Shown here: positions 29,801 through 38,600 of the stretch, piece after piece | How the letters are laid out: each line of letters begins with the position of its first letter | How positions within the stretch are numbered: position 1 is the first letter of the stretch | The notes under the pieces: model-generated | Database searches by the model: none | Told to the model about the DNA's origin: nothing | What the model saw: the letters and a program-made list of their open reading frames with translations, nothing else | Made by a program: the position numbers and the translations under genes | IMG/VR virus record: IMGVR_UViG_3300025705_000581 | DNA: 64,000 bases | Source of the DNA: a virus | Direction: 5' to 3' (one strand)

Positions 29801-31881
29801 CAAAGAACGTATGTAAATAATGAGTCAGGATCAAGTACACGACGGTCCGCGAGCATACACCCACCACCGCGACCAACAAGTCTGTTTGGGAAATCATCAA
29901 TACCAAGTGATGCAACTTGACCTGTACCGCCACTTTCAGAATATAGCATATCACCTGGTTGGACATCACCAACAAGGTTTCTTACATAGATTGCTGAGTC
30001 AGATGTAACACTTGTTGCCCAAGATACATACCCAGATGCACCTGATGAGAAGGTAATACTATCACCTTCGGCAAACAACGATTGAATTGAGTGACCTGCT
30101 TCCATAAAGAATTCTTGGCCAAGGTCAGCAATTGTACCTTTAGAGTTAAACGGATTAAGAGGTGGTTCAACATCCAAACGGTTAAAGTTTGATAGCTGAG
30201 AACTATCTCGAATATATGGCGAACGTCTTAGTTTTGCACCTGGGCGATATGCAACCGCAAATCCGCCTTCAGGATAATCAAAGTTATCAACTTCAAAGTT
30301 CATATATGCGAAACCTTGAACATAACAACCTGATCCAACAAGAACACCGTTAGTTCTTTCAAATCCTGGTTTCTTCTGAATAACTGTTGCGTACTGACCT
30401 GCTGTTGAAGTCATAGAACAATCGTCAGGCAATTCAATTGGGTCATCTACATAATAAGTACCTGGTCCGACCGAAATATGAACCGCATCATTTAACGCGT
30501 TTCTGTTATAAACACCACCTGCTTTTTCAACTGCAAGTTCTGCACCGCGTTTTAGTGTTTGAACAGGTTTAAGAATTGTACCTGGGTTTCTATCATCACC
30601 ATCAATGGCAACGTGTACCTTAAGTGCTTTTTCTGTTGACTTAGAAATTTCCTCAAAGAACTGGCGATAGCTGATCTGTTGTGTTTCATTTGTTTTAACA
30701 TTTTTAATGGCGAAGTAGTTATCTTCATCCATGTTTGGCTGCCACACATTGTGTAGTTCCATGTCAAAGTCAACAAGTGTTGAGCTATCAATTGTTGTAT
30801 TTGAAACTTCTGAGTCCTGAATAGAACCATCAACAAATGATGATTTATCAGAGATTGCCATTCCTTTTGTTTTGGAACTTGTGATGGTCATATTTGACGC
30901 TGTCACATTATCCATAATACCTTGGAACGATGAATTAGTAATTACGTTATTATCAAGAGTACCATCTTGAATTGTTGTATCGGTAAATATATTATTGGCG
31001 CCTGTTCCGTCACTGAAATCAGAGTCAGTAATATTTACTGAATTAATAAACCCGCCTGTGATGGAGGATGAAGTCATCGCAACATTGTTTGCGGTTGAAT
31101 CTATGATCCGACCTTGTAGAATAGTACTAGTAAATACGTTATTATTACCGGTGCCATCACTGAAATCAGTATTCAGGATGGTTGAGTTAGCAATTGCTGT
31201 ATCCCAAATTTGACCGTTTGAAAATCTTGAGTTTGTAATATCAACATCATCAAGATCAACATTGAAGATAGAACTGTTAGAGATTGTACCTTCAGAGAAA
31301 GTAGTCGTAACAATTGATGAATTAGAAATCGTAGCATCTTCGAGAATAAGTTCGTCAATACTAATATTTGTAAGGATCAGGCCGTTTGCAGTACCTTGGT
31401 CAATAGTAACATTATTATATTCGGAATTGTCAATACGAGAATTCGTAAAGACCATATTGTTACCTGTACCATCATTGAATGTTGAATTATCAATTGTTGA
31501 ATAGGTAAATACGTCGTTGTTACCTGTACCATCACTGAAATCGGAGTTCAGAATAGTTGACGAGTTCATCGAGATATTATTTGCGGTTGCAGTCAGAATG
31601 GTGACATTAGATATCACGGTCTGTTGCATTGTTCCGCGGTTTATTGTCGAGTCATTAATTTGTGTAGTATTAATAACTGAGTCAGACATTGTAACACCGG
31701 AGATTGTACCTCCAGTGATTGTAATTCTATCAAAGATTTCATATTGTATAGCTTGAACTAATTCAGCTCTAGTTAGGTTCTTTGTACCGTCATCACCTTG
31801 GATAAGGTTAACTATAACAAAGAGGTCTTCGGTACGTGTATTTGCACCGGTTATAGGACCTAGTTCTGTAATCTTTGACAT
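20881..31881 (-). CDS. Giant virion structural/fibre protein, 3666 aa: beta-solenoid N-terminus, pectin-lyase-like region, then alternating helical and beta repeats
   Basis: Single ORF; 11 YDxxKCxRDxG-type repeats; 9 YTPTxATYDPxTG...FxC...HP...HTFVSA repeats; late promoter upstream. Confidence 0.88.
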   Translation of the reverse strand: MSKITELGPITGANTRTEDLFVIVNLIQGDDGTKNLTRAELVQAIQYEIFDRITITGGTISGVTMSDSVINTTQINDSTINRGTMQQTVISNVTILTATANNISMNSSTILNSDFSDGTGNNDVFTYSTIDNSTFNDGTGNNMVFTNSRIDNSEYNNVTIDQGTANGLILTNISIDELILEDATISNSSIVTTTFSEGTISNSSIFNVDLDDVDITNSRFSNGQIWDTAIANSTILNTDFSDGTGNNNVFTSTILQGRIIDSTANNVAMTSSSITGGFINSVNITDSDFSDGTGANNIFTDTTIQDGTLDNNVITNSSFQGIMDNVTASNMTITSSKTKGMAISDKSSFVDGSIQDSEVSNTTIDSSTLVDFDMELHNVWQPNMDEDNYFAIKNVKTNETQQISYRQFFEEISKSTEKALKVHVAIDGDDRNPGTILKPVQTLKRGAELAVEKAGGVYNRNALNDAVHISVGPGTYYVDDPIELPDDCSMTSTAGQYATVIQKKPGFERTNGVLVGSGCYVQGFAYMNFEVDNFDYPEGGFAVAYRPGAKLRRSPYIRDSSQLSNFNRLDVEPPLNPFNSKGTIADLGQEFFMEAGHSIQSLFAEGDSITFSSGASGYVSWATSVTSDSAIYVRNLVGDVQPGDMLYSESGGTGQVASLGIDDFPNRLVGRGGGCMLADRRVLDPDSLFTYVLCFGFTPRTQNGMGYVARDGAGVNGIGSLSIFVRTAFYALNGGQMTLNNSGTQFGDISMRAKGSTQVFTPSQMDDTLLFSNTVFADTLMDNKQDIIEDMVGYLTTPISQGGLGYQGYDAEKCKRDTGIIIDSVGYDIALNTNYWGRLNGIAYSSPISYVVKNEQLTETLGANEHLKSEINRLFSNSEAAVNTRANVSLDETLNILENGESYASDLFFTDTGNVARTAAREIIQDNRELIIDGMVEWIDNNDEFFSYDSAKCRRDIQEYILPAVKWDSLLDTNYNSVVAGQAYYSKQGQTVVENQREETVGSFERLRKITDDLVEANSAIMAERSYDRMSTIIDILDNTRTEKFNPTKATYEPDTGRMVITIGAHTLQKGQFVTIADEAFTFTCDSDGNKLEISHPRKSDTFNYRRAIPIDEVSAKTITINAGTTGANFAHTFVSAKPSSVSVLGEALTFSDDAGIPADKRNARKQLQANKEFIQDYMEGWAENQWYFYDSKKCERDTKEYIMPAVQRDLLLGTNFNAYQTGIAYRSKSGEVSVTKQLEQTVASINHMKSETANTVTGNTLAVDRVNTSFDQMVALLNNNGKKYTPTNAAYNPVTGVVEITIGAHDFAVGDKIRIEKNSMVFTCALDGNTSQHAYPSTTFETWTPSTATYVPSTGEFTVTISANQLKAGDTVTFKPGAVTFTCELDDNVTEHAAPESHHPFFNKPVTIDEVDGFVLKMNVGAVEDGGGVHTFVSALADGLTTERQHPAYENPVEISARTATTITVNVGKSQDTSAHTFVSATTNAIREDGMWTGKYTPQDATYDPVNGEMVVTIGQHDLPVGQWISIAPESIVFSCDVGGVVGTDPAPLPGHPAYNQPVRITETTSTTFTVNVGNANGHANTHTFVSATKDCIDGHALYFTDPAKFVKAYTPTDATYNPNTGDMVVTIPGHDIEVGDNVQTKPLSFAFSCGFNGGGTDYHPRIGEPMYEHPQEVTAADATTITFNAGSAGGYTGTHTFVSAEEGSIIKVSSSEKGKYAARQLQKNKTFIQEEITAWLNDNYFIYDKEKCMRDTGYILNAVMRDVLTGSNNNAVYTGMGYRIGTVGANNVVNNQLTETVGAITWLKGKINTDVLTDATAIARSNAAFDEIIDIMSNGNAAADVIDFGIQSISEDAFAARHILQLNKSFIQKEAIAWITANHPGFVYDAVACERDLGIFVDTVSWDVQHGSTASTVNNSRLYFENALPVLADDEIVPTSEVYDHIAKIAGQIVRGEDVDNLQGVVTQVKTDEDTYTPTTATYDPVTGIMVTTIGTHNFVVGDRITIDPESITFSCGFGGGGTDSHPNAADPNLRKQYIITAADATTITVNAGAANGYTGAHTFVSADADCIRRANVAEAYTATNVAYAHMTGVMEVTLGDRHRFSVGDYVIFDENAITLSCPTSPTDATPINISHPRPTDPIFNKPVRIDAVTATTITMQVGDAKVDKVHTFVSATANGIRRSLAPTVSSSVVNLFDGVGQTIRNNDGTVPTVIEPKPTSAYGTTIISEARLIGGSKPKYQTEIIDLIAVTYSGLAYNEAKCYRDIGYIVDAITEDLEYGGDAATVHSANYYFLGAVNTLPPEQRGPTRLAYQHLADVIDEVSRAITVTATTGNVRVQDTTSIPAADVATGSRAHNLVEIIAQTVDDFSPSKIPAVTSSPLMEPSRTYARQSLAMNREFIQNEIVNYIDDEFYTFDENKCARDAGFILDAVRRDVQTGSNYNGKYVGKSYRIGTVGADKVIEDQLAETIEGIQYIQKDIESRLTGVALERAQNSFSNIITAMVNDYTPDGTNYDYGTGNRGSNNINARQALQLNRAFLQAEATAWVAVNYPSLVYDTAKCERDTGIMADAASYDIQHVTNTAMLDVAKLYFENGLSTLSADQRAPTAALYTHLGDVSRSLILKIDVTPSAGNTVIQNKVFGPVAAAIGNDMQDLWEIIATVIAADSLVDMPDDIEVFAGAVGAASYGYETEAALIGSRKDALQSTITDYLKTTFNYLEYDRDRCFRDTGYILDAICHDIQYGGNSAMVNAAGLYFKNAVNLLPTDQRDATRMAFTRLGEIVEHVTRNELVPVEFGAKYTPTTAAYDNVTGEIVITIGQHELTTNDHVMLTEDGMTFTCDMDGNTTNHAAPQPHHPAYLRAIPVLATSSTTITVNVGPAAGGAHTFVSALPNAVSQVTGNLIKQDTSHLAARRTIATEAKNLAWIVANIADDNDEKGIPLEVPPFTNWIQSDLITAKEAIEDSIPALATSVINYITNNWNGISYPKQKCRRDIGILVDAISHDVNYTTNFASVQSAQFYFRNATSVLPYDQRQQTADLYTVMADLVSAVVQEQTPTNYGYTPTGVDYDPLTGMMTATIGSHNIEAGDFVTFDNLGITFSCPTSDVDPTPINISHPRVGGDEWADGKPCRVEFVDGTTITMNAGPAGVDKAHTFVSATEGAIRKAIVTRQAQDISGAPATAVEGEYVADMIRIIEDAIRRDSIDGIPEIIEPDTSWIDNSLVWAGKEIDDNLDILADDVTNWINTTYNVLDYNKVKCRRDAGYLVDAFAYDLNYGGTSASKWNAAFYFWNNVYRIPEDQRVPTAKAYRKLGEIARDALLETLPGVSIKGESTTAVEAQHVYDLADIYYRSFLNKDEKDFGPTILPDFEWEDNKVFKFAREILKANRKKLSVETVRFVGQNYKFFDINLTRRDATNLLQSLANDFKFQNVVTNQDGSQTSTRTYAAAFFDYNGKHVFPVFNPTTPGLSFQGTLNGLGALGNVTGQKPNHAYIVSTDYAGNRYDGTIYYWDGTAWQTDGANNVDLLVSFYQAWTRMKTFIKTNYTPDINHDAMIDGLFDDVLRASVLRPSVLTFGSLVESIAHQFNGASAGVNRNALPINFRNLGLPISAIASVLSEDGGRVRWSGADELNNQYFARGLRINGRTGRIEGRPFTSSVRKLARRASNSRAVV

Positions 31882-31906
31882 ACGGTTATCCTGCTTCTTT
31901 TTATTT

Positions 31907-31914
31907 TATTTATA
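31907..31914 (-). promoter_or_regulatory. T4-type late promoter TATAAATA
   Basis: Exact consensus ~26 nt upstream of the 3666-aa gene ATG. Confidence 0.75.
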
Positions 31915-31952
31915 AAGGTATCTTACCGACTATTTATTGTAAAAGGATATTA

Positions 31953-32729
31953 TTATAAATCAGGAAATAAAGATTGGTTTGGTAGTGGTCTGCTAAATAG
32001 CAAGAAACCTATACCGCCTTGTGCTCTGTTATCACGCTCAGTCAATTTAAAGTTTAGGTAATGTTCTCTTCCGTTTCTAATTTCATTCAATTCGTGTGCA
32101 TAATTTAGTTCTGTTGTGAACCTTGAATAAAAATCACTGATGTTATCGAGATCAGTATTCTCATCCACGTTCGTGTGAGTGCAAATTTGCGTATCAACTA
32201 ATGTAAGACTTTCATCATCTTCAACATTAAAAGTTTTGCCATTGCTATCTGTTGTTCCTGGTGCTTGAAAATATATTTTAAAGGTTTCAAATTTTTCTGT
32301 ATTTAGATTATATATGAATTTAAAGCCACCACGAATACAGATATCATTGATATTAGCATATTCAGAGTATGGAAACCTATCTTTAAAAGGTACATCACCG
32401 TCTGATCTAAATGTAGCACCAAAGTTAATAGTTTGTCTATCAATAAATGATGCTGAACCGATTGCAAGTTTACCACCATGGGCAACACCAAGACTAGTAA
32501 TAAAGTTTCTCAATTCGTCATTTACATTTACGTTGTTATCTTGAAGATATTGTAACGCTCTTTCAGATCTGTTTTCTTCTGTGAAAATAAGTGCAAATTC
32601 TTTTGTTGCGTTATCGTCCTCAGTATTACGTTTACGCATAGTCATAAGATACACATCTTCTATAACGCTGTCGCTTACAATAGTTGTAGTGTCCTTACAT
32701 ACATCAGTAATCAATTGTCTTAATATCAT
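31953..32729 (-). CDS. Hypothetical protein, 258 aa
   Basis: ORF starts 1 nt after the stop of the 609-aa gene; AT-rich; no motif recognised. Confidence 0.7.
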   Translation of the reverse strand: MILRQLITDVCKDTTTIVSDSVIEDVYLMTMRKRNTEDDNATKEFALIFTEENRSERALQYLQDNNVNVNDELRNFITSLGVAHGGKLAIGSASFIDRQTINFGATFRSDGDVPFKDRFPYSEYANINDICIRGGFKFIYNLNTEKFETFKIYFQAPGTTDSNGKTFNVEDDESLTLVDTQICTHTNVDENTDLDNISDFYSRFTTELNYAHELNEIRNGREHYLNFKLTERDNRAQGGIGFLLFSRPLPNQSLFPDL

Positions 32730-32730
32730 A

Positions 32731-34560
32731 TTATAATCCCCATCTTCCGCGGGCGTTGTTCCACCGCTCGGTAATTTGTGTATCAGTTAATCCTGTATTA
32801 TGTACTGCCCAATATCCAAGACGTGCATACCAAGAACTATTAATTCCACCATATTCATTACTTGACCCACCTACGTTCATTGGAGTTGAGTTCAATGAAA
32901 TGTTTGCAGCTGCCGCAGTATTTGTTGCGATAATGGTACCGTTTCTAATAATATGTCTACGTGCTGGAGTAGAACGCAATATAATATGTTGATATGCGGT
33001 TTGGTTATTTGCAACATTAAGTCTTTGGCTTCCTGCACAACAACCACCTTGGTCAAAATACCAATTCCCGTTTGTCCATGTTGGGTGAGAGAATATTCCT
33101 CTAGAAAGATAGACACCTCCGTGAAATTTAAACGCAGCATTTTGTGTATAAATTTCAGTTCTACATACCAATTCAATTGTATAACCTGATGTATTGGTGA
33201 TCCCAAAGCTATCTGATGCCGGGCCAGTAAATAGGTTTTGATACATAAAGAAGTTTGGGGCTGAGGAGCTGCTGTCGTGCCAACCTAAACTTGCGTTAGT
33301 GGAATAAGGACCAGGAAATTCATCCGCCTGTAAGTCTCTACCATTACCTGAAATATCAGGCCAAGTACCAGAAGTAGCATTATAGTATTGAGCATCACAT
33401 TCTTGCACCAAATTAGTCCCGCCTGTAACCGAACCAATAACGTGTGTTCCTGTTGTTGAATAGATAAGAGTTAAACCATTATATTCAAATTGAATAACAC
33501 CACTTTTACCATAACCGCCGAGTGTATTTGCTTGTCCTCTTGTACTTGATGCAGTGCCAATAGTATATGTTACTGTTTCACCGACACCGCCCGCGCCATC
33601 AAAAACATTTATCTGCCCGGCACTACCGCCATTACCACCTTTACCTTCAGAATCATTTTTACCTGAGTCTACGTCACCACCACCGCCAGCGCCGCCTGCA
33701 CCAAATCCTGTCGCATTCGCACCGTTTTGCTGTTCGTTTGCTGCTCCGCCGCCACTGCCAAAGTTTGTATTCCCGCCGGCATTTCCAACATAGTTTGATG
33801 AACCTGCACTATTACCACCGGCACCGCCGTTTACATTTACATTAGGAATGCCGGCATCACCGCCATAACTTGAACCGCCACCTGCACCGCCGTTGTTAGC
33901 AATTGCTGCGGTATTTGGCTCATAACGGCCACCACCGCCAGCCCCACCTGCACCGATAATTGTGATTATAACTGCGATACCATTAACAGCACCGTAAAAA
34001 TCGCCTATAGAAATTGTTCCGCTTGTTGGCACATTATTATTAACTGAGAAATCAGGAACACGCCCACCGCCTCTATAATAATCGTTAATTGACCAACTAT
34101 CTGGTAATTGCACCACGTCAGGTACAACATATAATGAAGTTAAATACGCTCGGTCGTCATTAGTATGTACTGATCCGTCTTTTGAGTATCGCCATTCTAC
34201 GGTATCTCCATCTTCAATGGAAGTGGAGCCACTGATGGAGTTAATACCAGATTGTTGCCATAGCGGTTGCCCATTTTTGTAAAGTCTATGAAAGTCGTAA
34301 TTGGTCTCTGAACTAACGTTAGAACTATAATATAAAGTACCTGTTGCAGATACAACAAATCTTTGATACGCAGTAGTGCTGTTTTGGCGCCAGTTATTAG
34401 ACGTACCATAAAATGGATCATCAATAGTTCCTGAACCACCTTCCAAATACGTAAGGCTTGAGCCGTTTCTTGTCATAAAAGGTGGAGAGGGAGCCTGCTG
34501 ATCTTCAAATTCAACTTTAATATCGTCTAATGATATTGGGCCGCTAGTCTGTAGAGCCAT
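32731..34560 (-). CDS. Glycine-rich fibre-tip adhesin (analogous to T-even gp38) with C-terminal LamG/concanavalin-like domain, 609 aa
   Basis: MALQTSGPISLDDIKVEF...INDYYRGG...VPTSGTISIGDFYGA fibre-cap motif; GAGGAGGGG-rich centre; DAQYYNATSGTWPDISGNGRD...YTIELV...MNVGG...LGYWAVHNTGLTDTQI. Confidence 0.75.
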   Translation of the reverse strand: MALQTSGPISLDDIKVEFEDQQAPSPPFMTRNGSSLTYLEGGSGTIDDPFYGTSNNWRQNSTTAYQRFVVSATGTLYYSSNVSSETNYDFHRLYKNGQPLWQQSGINSISGSTSIEDGDTVEWRYSKDGSVHTNDDRAYLTSLYVVPDVVQLPDSWSINDYYRGGGRVPDFSVNNNVPTSGTISIGDFYGAVNGIAVIITIIGAGGAGGGGRYEPNTAAIANNGGAGGGSSYGGDAGIPNVNVNGGAGGNSAGSSNYVGNAGGNTNFGSGGGAANEQQNGANATGFGAGGAGGGGDVDSGKNDSEGKGGNGGSAGQINVFDGAGGVGETVTYTIGTASSTRGQANTLGGYGKSGVIQFEYNGLTLIYSTTGTHVIGSVTGGTNLVQECDAQYYNATSGTWPDISGNGRDLQADEFPGPYSTNASLGWHDSSSSAPNFFMYQNLFTGPASDSFGITNTSGYTIELVCRTEIYTQNAAFKFHGGVYLSRGIFSHPTWTNGNWYFDQGGCCAGSQRLNVANNQTAYQHIILRSTPARRHIIRNGTIIATNTAAAANISLNSTPMNVGGSSNEYGGINSSWYARLGYWAVHNTGLTDTQITERWNNARGRWGL

Positions 34561-35473
34561 TTTTCAAATTATCCACTTCATCTTTGAGCTCTTTAATTGC
34601 TTCAATAAGAAGGCCAACAATGTTTCCATAACGTACTGCTTTGAAATTTCCATTTTCTTCAGAGTGCGTTTCGTATACTACTCCAGGAAGTACTTTTTCA
34701 ATTTCTTGTGCTATAACACCTGTGGCAATTTCTTCTTTGCCAATATAGTTAAACGTATATCCGTTAACTTGTGATACTTTATCGAGAGCGTTATCAATTA
34801 CGTTTATATTTTCTTTTAGTTTTCTATCGGATGCAGCATAAGCTGTTGTAACTTCGCCTGTTGCAAATACATCCTGGGCATATACATCAACAACAGTTAG
34901 ATCACCAGTTAATGTAAGGTCATCCGCTGATAATGTTCCGCCAAATGCTGTGTTACCTGTAACTGTGAGGTCACGGCCAACAGTTACATCTTCTGTTGTT
35001 GTAATGGACTCAATGGTTTCAAGGTTTGGTACTTTCAGTGTACCTGCCGTTGATAATTCAAAACGAGTAGCGCCTACGCCTGTATTAATAATAAAGTTAA
35101 GATTTGTGTTATCCTCAATACCAATATCCCACGAGGACGTACCGTTTGTATATCGAGTTAATGCACCGCTTGCTCCGTATTGGAATGTCGCGGCAATTTC
35201 TGATGCAGAACTTGTAATCTGTAACGGTGAACCTAATACAACAGTGGCACCACCTGTATAAGCAACAATTGAGTCTGTTTTAATTTGTGTATCAGCAAGA
35301 AGGTTTGTAGTTGTTATATCACCAACAAGATTAACATCCCCTGTTGTAATATCCCCAGCAACAGACGCGGTAACCGCAGAAGTTCTAAAGAGATCAACCA
35401 TTTCATTTGTTTTATCAAACCAGTTTTGAAATGATTGTGCAGTTGTAATATTTTGAATATTCGACTTGGCCAT
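34544..35473 (-). CDS. Short tail fibre with C-terminal peptidase S74 chaperone, 309 aa
   Basis: N-terminal TAQSFQNWFDKTNEMV anchor; C-terminal ASDRKLKENINVIDNALDKVSQVNGYTF...GVIAQEIEKVLP...VRYGNIVGLLIEAIKEL. Confidence 0.82.
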   Translation of the reverse strand: MAKSNIQNITTAQSFQNWFDKTNEMVDLFRTSAVTASVAGDITTGDVNLVGDITTTNLLADTQIKTDSIVAYTGGATVVLGSPLQITSSASEIAATFQYGASGALTRYTNGTSSWDIGIEDNTNLNFIINTGVGATRFELSTAGTLKVPNLETIESITTTEDVTVGRDLTVTGNTAFGGTLSADDLTLTGDLTVVDVYAQDVFATGEVTTAYAASDRKLKENINVIDNALDKVSQVNGYTFNYIGKEEIATGVIAQEIEKVLPGVVYETHSEENGNFKAVRYGNIVGLLIEAIKELKDEVDNLKNGSTD

Positions 35474-35474
35474 T

Positions 35475-35654
35475 TTAATTCTTCTCTATTAAATCTAATC
35501 GTTCGCAGATACGTGTGATACAAATTTTTATATCAGAGATCTCTTCAGCTAACGCAGTAACATTGCGGTGTAATGCTCTTTCCTGTTTATATTTATTAAG
35601 AGCAGCGGCGTCATTATTTAGAACGGCATTACTATTTTTATCACGAGTATACAT
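35475..35654 (-). CDS. Small conserved coiled-coil protein, 59 aa (below track cutoff)
   Basis: MYTRDKNSNAVLNNDAAALNKYKQERALHRNVTALAEEISDIKICITRICERLDLIEKN*; TAATG overlap with the VrlC stop; fills the gap to the next gene. Confidence 0.75.
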   Translation of the reverse strand: MYTRDKNSNAVLNNDAAALNKYKQERALHRNVTALAEEISDIKICITRICERLDLIEKN

Positions 35655-38600
35655 TATGTTAAAGCAATCCCTCTATAATCTTTTACGAATGGAACGGAAT
35701 ATTGGTTTGGTGATCTCAATTCAATTTTGATAGCAAACTTTCTATAACCTGTAAATGTTCCTGCGGTGTTTGTGTATTCAAGAACACCTGAACCGTTTTT
35801 CGCTGTTGCAGGTACTCGGTATTTAAACTCACGGAAATCATTCAGATTTGCCGATGATGAGAAAGAACCAATACCTTCAAACAATTCCATCTCAATCCAA
35901 TCAGCATTTTCAAATGATGCAGGATCATATTGGTTTTGTGGTTTAATATAAAGTTTAATTTCTGATCCTGAAGGTCGATATCCAGTTACAAACACTTCCA
36001 TATCTTCGGCATCAAGATCTTCTTTAAGTTCAATTGTTTTTGATACATATTTAGCAGTATCTTCAGTGTTTGTAATCTTATACTGATAAGCAATAACCGA
36101 TGATCCATCAAGGTCAATAAATGGTGACGATGTGGTATTGTTGTTATTAGTCATGCTGATAGTCATATCAAACGGACGAGAATTTGAGGTATCATTTGAC
36201 TTACTGTAAATGATATTACCTTTATTCGTAAAGTGATTTGATGCACCGAACCGCATTGGCAACGTATAGTTATTCAAAGTATTTGTTGCGTCAACAAAAC
36301 TTCCTGAGATTGATGTTGTGGTTTCAGTATCATTGCTACGATAAATCATCGGTTGAACATAACTGACAGTCACGTTATCAACAGTTGAGATCGTTGCTTC
36401 TACACCTGAGTCCAATCCTAGGATTGTTGCACCTGTTCCAAAGATCCTTACACCTGAAGCATTTGAAGATCTCAAATATAACAAGTTTGGCTCAAATGGG
36501 TTATAGTATGAAACAATACCAGTTACAACCGGTTTATGGAAGTGGTTTGTCCGAATGATTGTTGAAGGTTTATTCAGTGTGATTTGAGTATCAGAATCTA
36601 CACTTACAACTTCAAAAATATCAATGTTGCCACCACCTGTATCTGTAACAAGTATAAAGTCACCATTATTATAAGTATCAGTTAATGTAGTACCAGTCAA
36701 GATATTACTTCCGACAGGAATATTAATTTGTGTTCCTGTTGAACCGCTGATAGTCATTTCACGGTAAACTCTTTCACCTTGTTTAAATGCGCCATTCCAT
36801 GTTGTTAAGGTAAAGAATTCATTTGCATCTTGTGTTAATGTAATGGAACCTGTTGCAGCACTAAAGTTATGACGATACAATGTGAATTTCAAATCTTCAT
36901 CTTGATAAGATTGCCATGCTTTATTATTTGTAGAAGTAAATAGAACACCATCACCCCAGTCTTGAACAATTGCTTGGCCGTTTGTGGCACCAGGTGTTAA
37001 ATCAGTTCCACCAACTTTTGATGTAAACAATAAGTAGTTTGGATCACAGCCGTCAGGCATGATAACAACTGCATATTCTTTTTCAACATCAAGTCTTACA
37101 GGTGCGGTAAAATCAATTGTTGTTGCTACACTTGAGTCGTCGGAAATATTTACATCCGCGGGATCTAGGTGTATTTTTGAGAAAGGAATAATTGATGTGG
37201 CGGGATATCCGTTTATAACTTCACGAAGCATTACGGTAACACCTTGAGTTGCTGATTTCTTTTTGAAATACAAATCAATTTTAGATGCAAAAATTGTACC
37301 AGAACCTCGTCCCATACCACCTTTAATAAAGAATGTTTGTGCCAATGGATCCCAATCAACACCACGGATACCTGGAGGTGTTGGCCTTGGATCATCATCA
37401 TCGTTAGGTTGAGGGCGCGGCCTTGGGCGTCTTGCCAAGTTACGTTCAGTCATTGCCGCGGTACCAACGGTTGCAGGAACACGAGTTGATTGTGTCAATG
37501 TTGTTTTCTCAACATTAATATTCCATGCGTGGTATGATAGTGTTCCGATAGATGTTGCACCAGATCCAATTTCCGAATAGGTATCAACGTCACAAACTTC
37601 AAGGTTTCTATCACCGCAATAGAATGTTTCAGCAGGAATAGTAAACACCGCTCTGATAACACCGCTTGCGTCGGATACAACAGGATCACCTTTTGCACCA
37701 TAACGATTAACCGCTCTTGCACTATTATTTGCTGTGCCTGGGTGCACGTGAGCGTTTACATCAACCGCATCAAAGAAGAAATAATGACGAGTATTGGGAC
37801 GAAGACCTGCCATATAAACATTGACATCTCTTGACCGCATAAACGGATTGAACTCAACATTTGATGCAAATTCACCAACGTCTGATTGAACAACTGATTC
37901 TGTTGCTGACAATTCCCAAGTACGAACTTCTGCAACTTGTGTTGGGAACCAATTGTTGTCGCCGCCAAATTCGCGTAAAATTCTACCTGTATCAATTGAT
38001 CCTGTCAATGGAATAAATTGTTGCACGTTTTCAAGGAAATCTGCAAACGGACTTACGAGATTAATATCAATTGAAACTGGGTCAGCAACTGTATCTTGCA
38101 CCGAGTCAAAGGCAGGGAACAAGTCACCTAAACCAACATACTTGTAGAAGTTACTTACAGCATTTCTAAATCCTGATGCGTATGGTTGATTAATGACTGA
38201 AATATGACTATCACGGCTAAGTGTGGCCGCCTCAGGTTCATCAGTATTTGGGAATACCGATGCACTTGATGTAGATTTCAAACGTAGATCTAATGGGAAT
38301 GTTCTTACCGCAGGTTGTAGTTGCTTTTTATCAAAAGGAACAGATGCGTTAAATTCATTGTCTTGTACGTTTGCAAGATCTAGGTTGTTCAATGGATCTA
38401 CTATATAACCATTCTTAAACCTTGTCAATCCATTTTCATCAGTAATTAGCAAGTTTGTTGTTTCGGTTTCCAATTGGTTCAACTGAATATAATATTCCAT
38501 TGCCTCCAATCTTTTCTCAATACCTTTAATATCTCGCATAGTATAATTTTCAACTGTCTTTGAAGACATCTTGATTGCATATTGTTTTTTACCTTCACGA

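Noticed and set aside
20881-31881. Intein or intron explaining the very large ORFs
   Set aside because: No splicing motifs or homing-endonuclease signatures seen; length is accounted for by repeats
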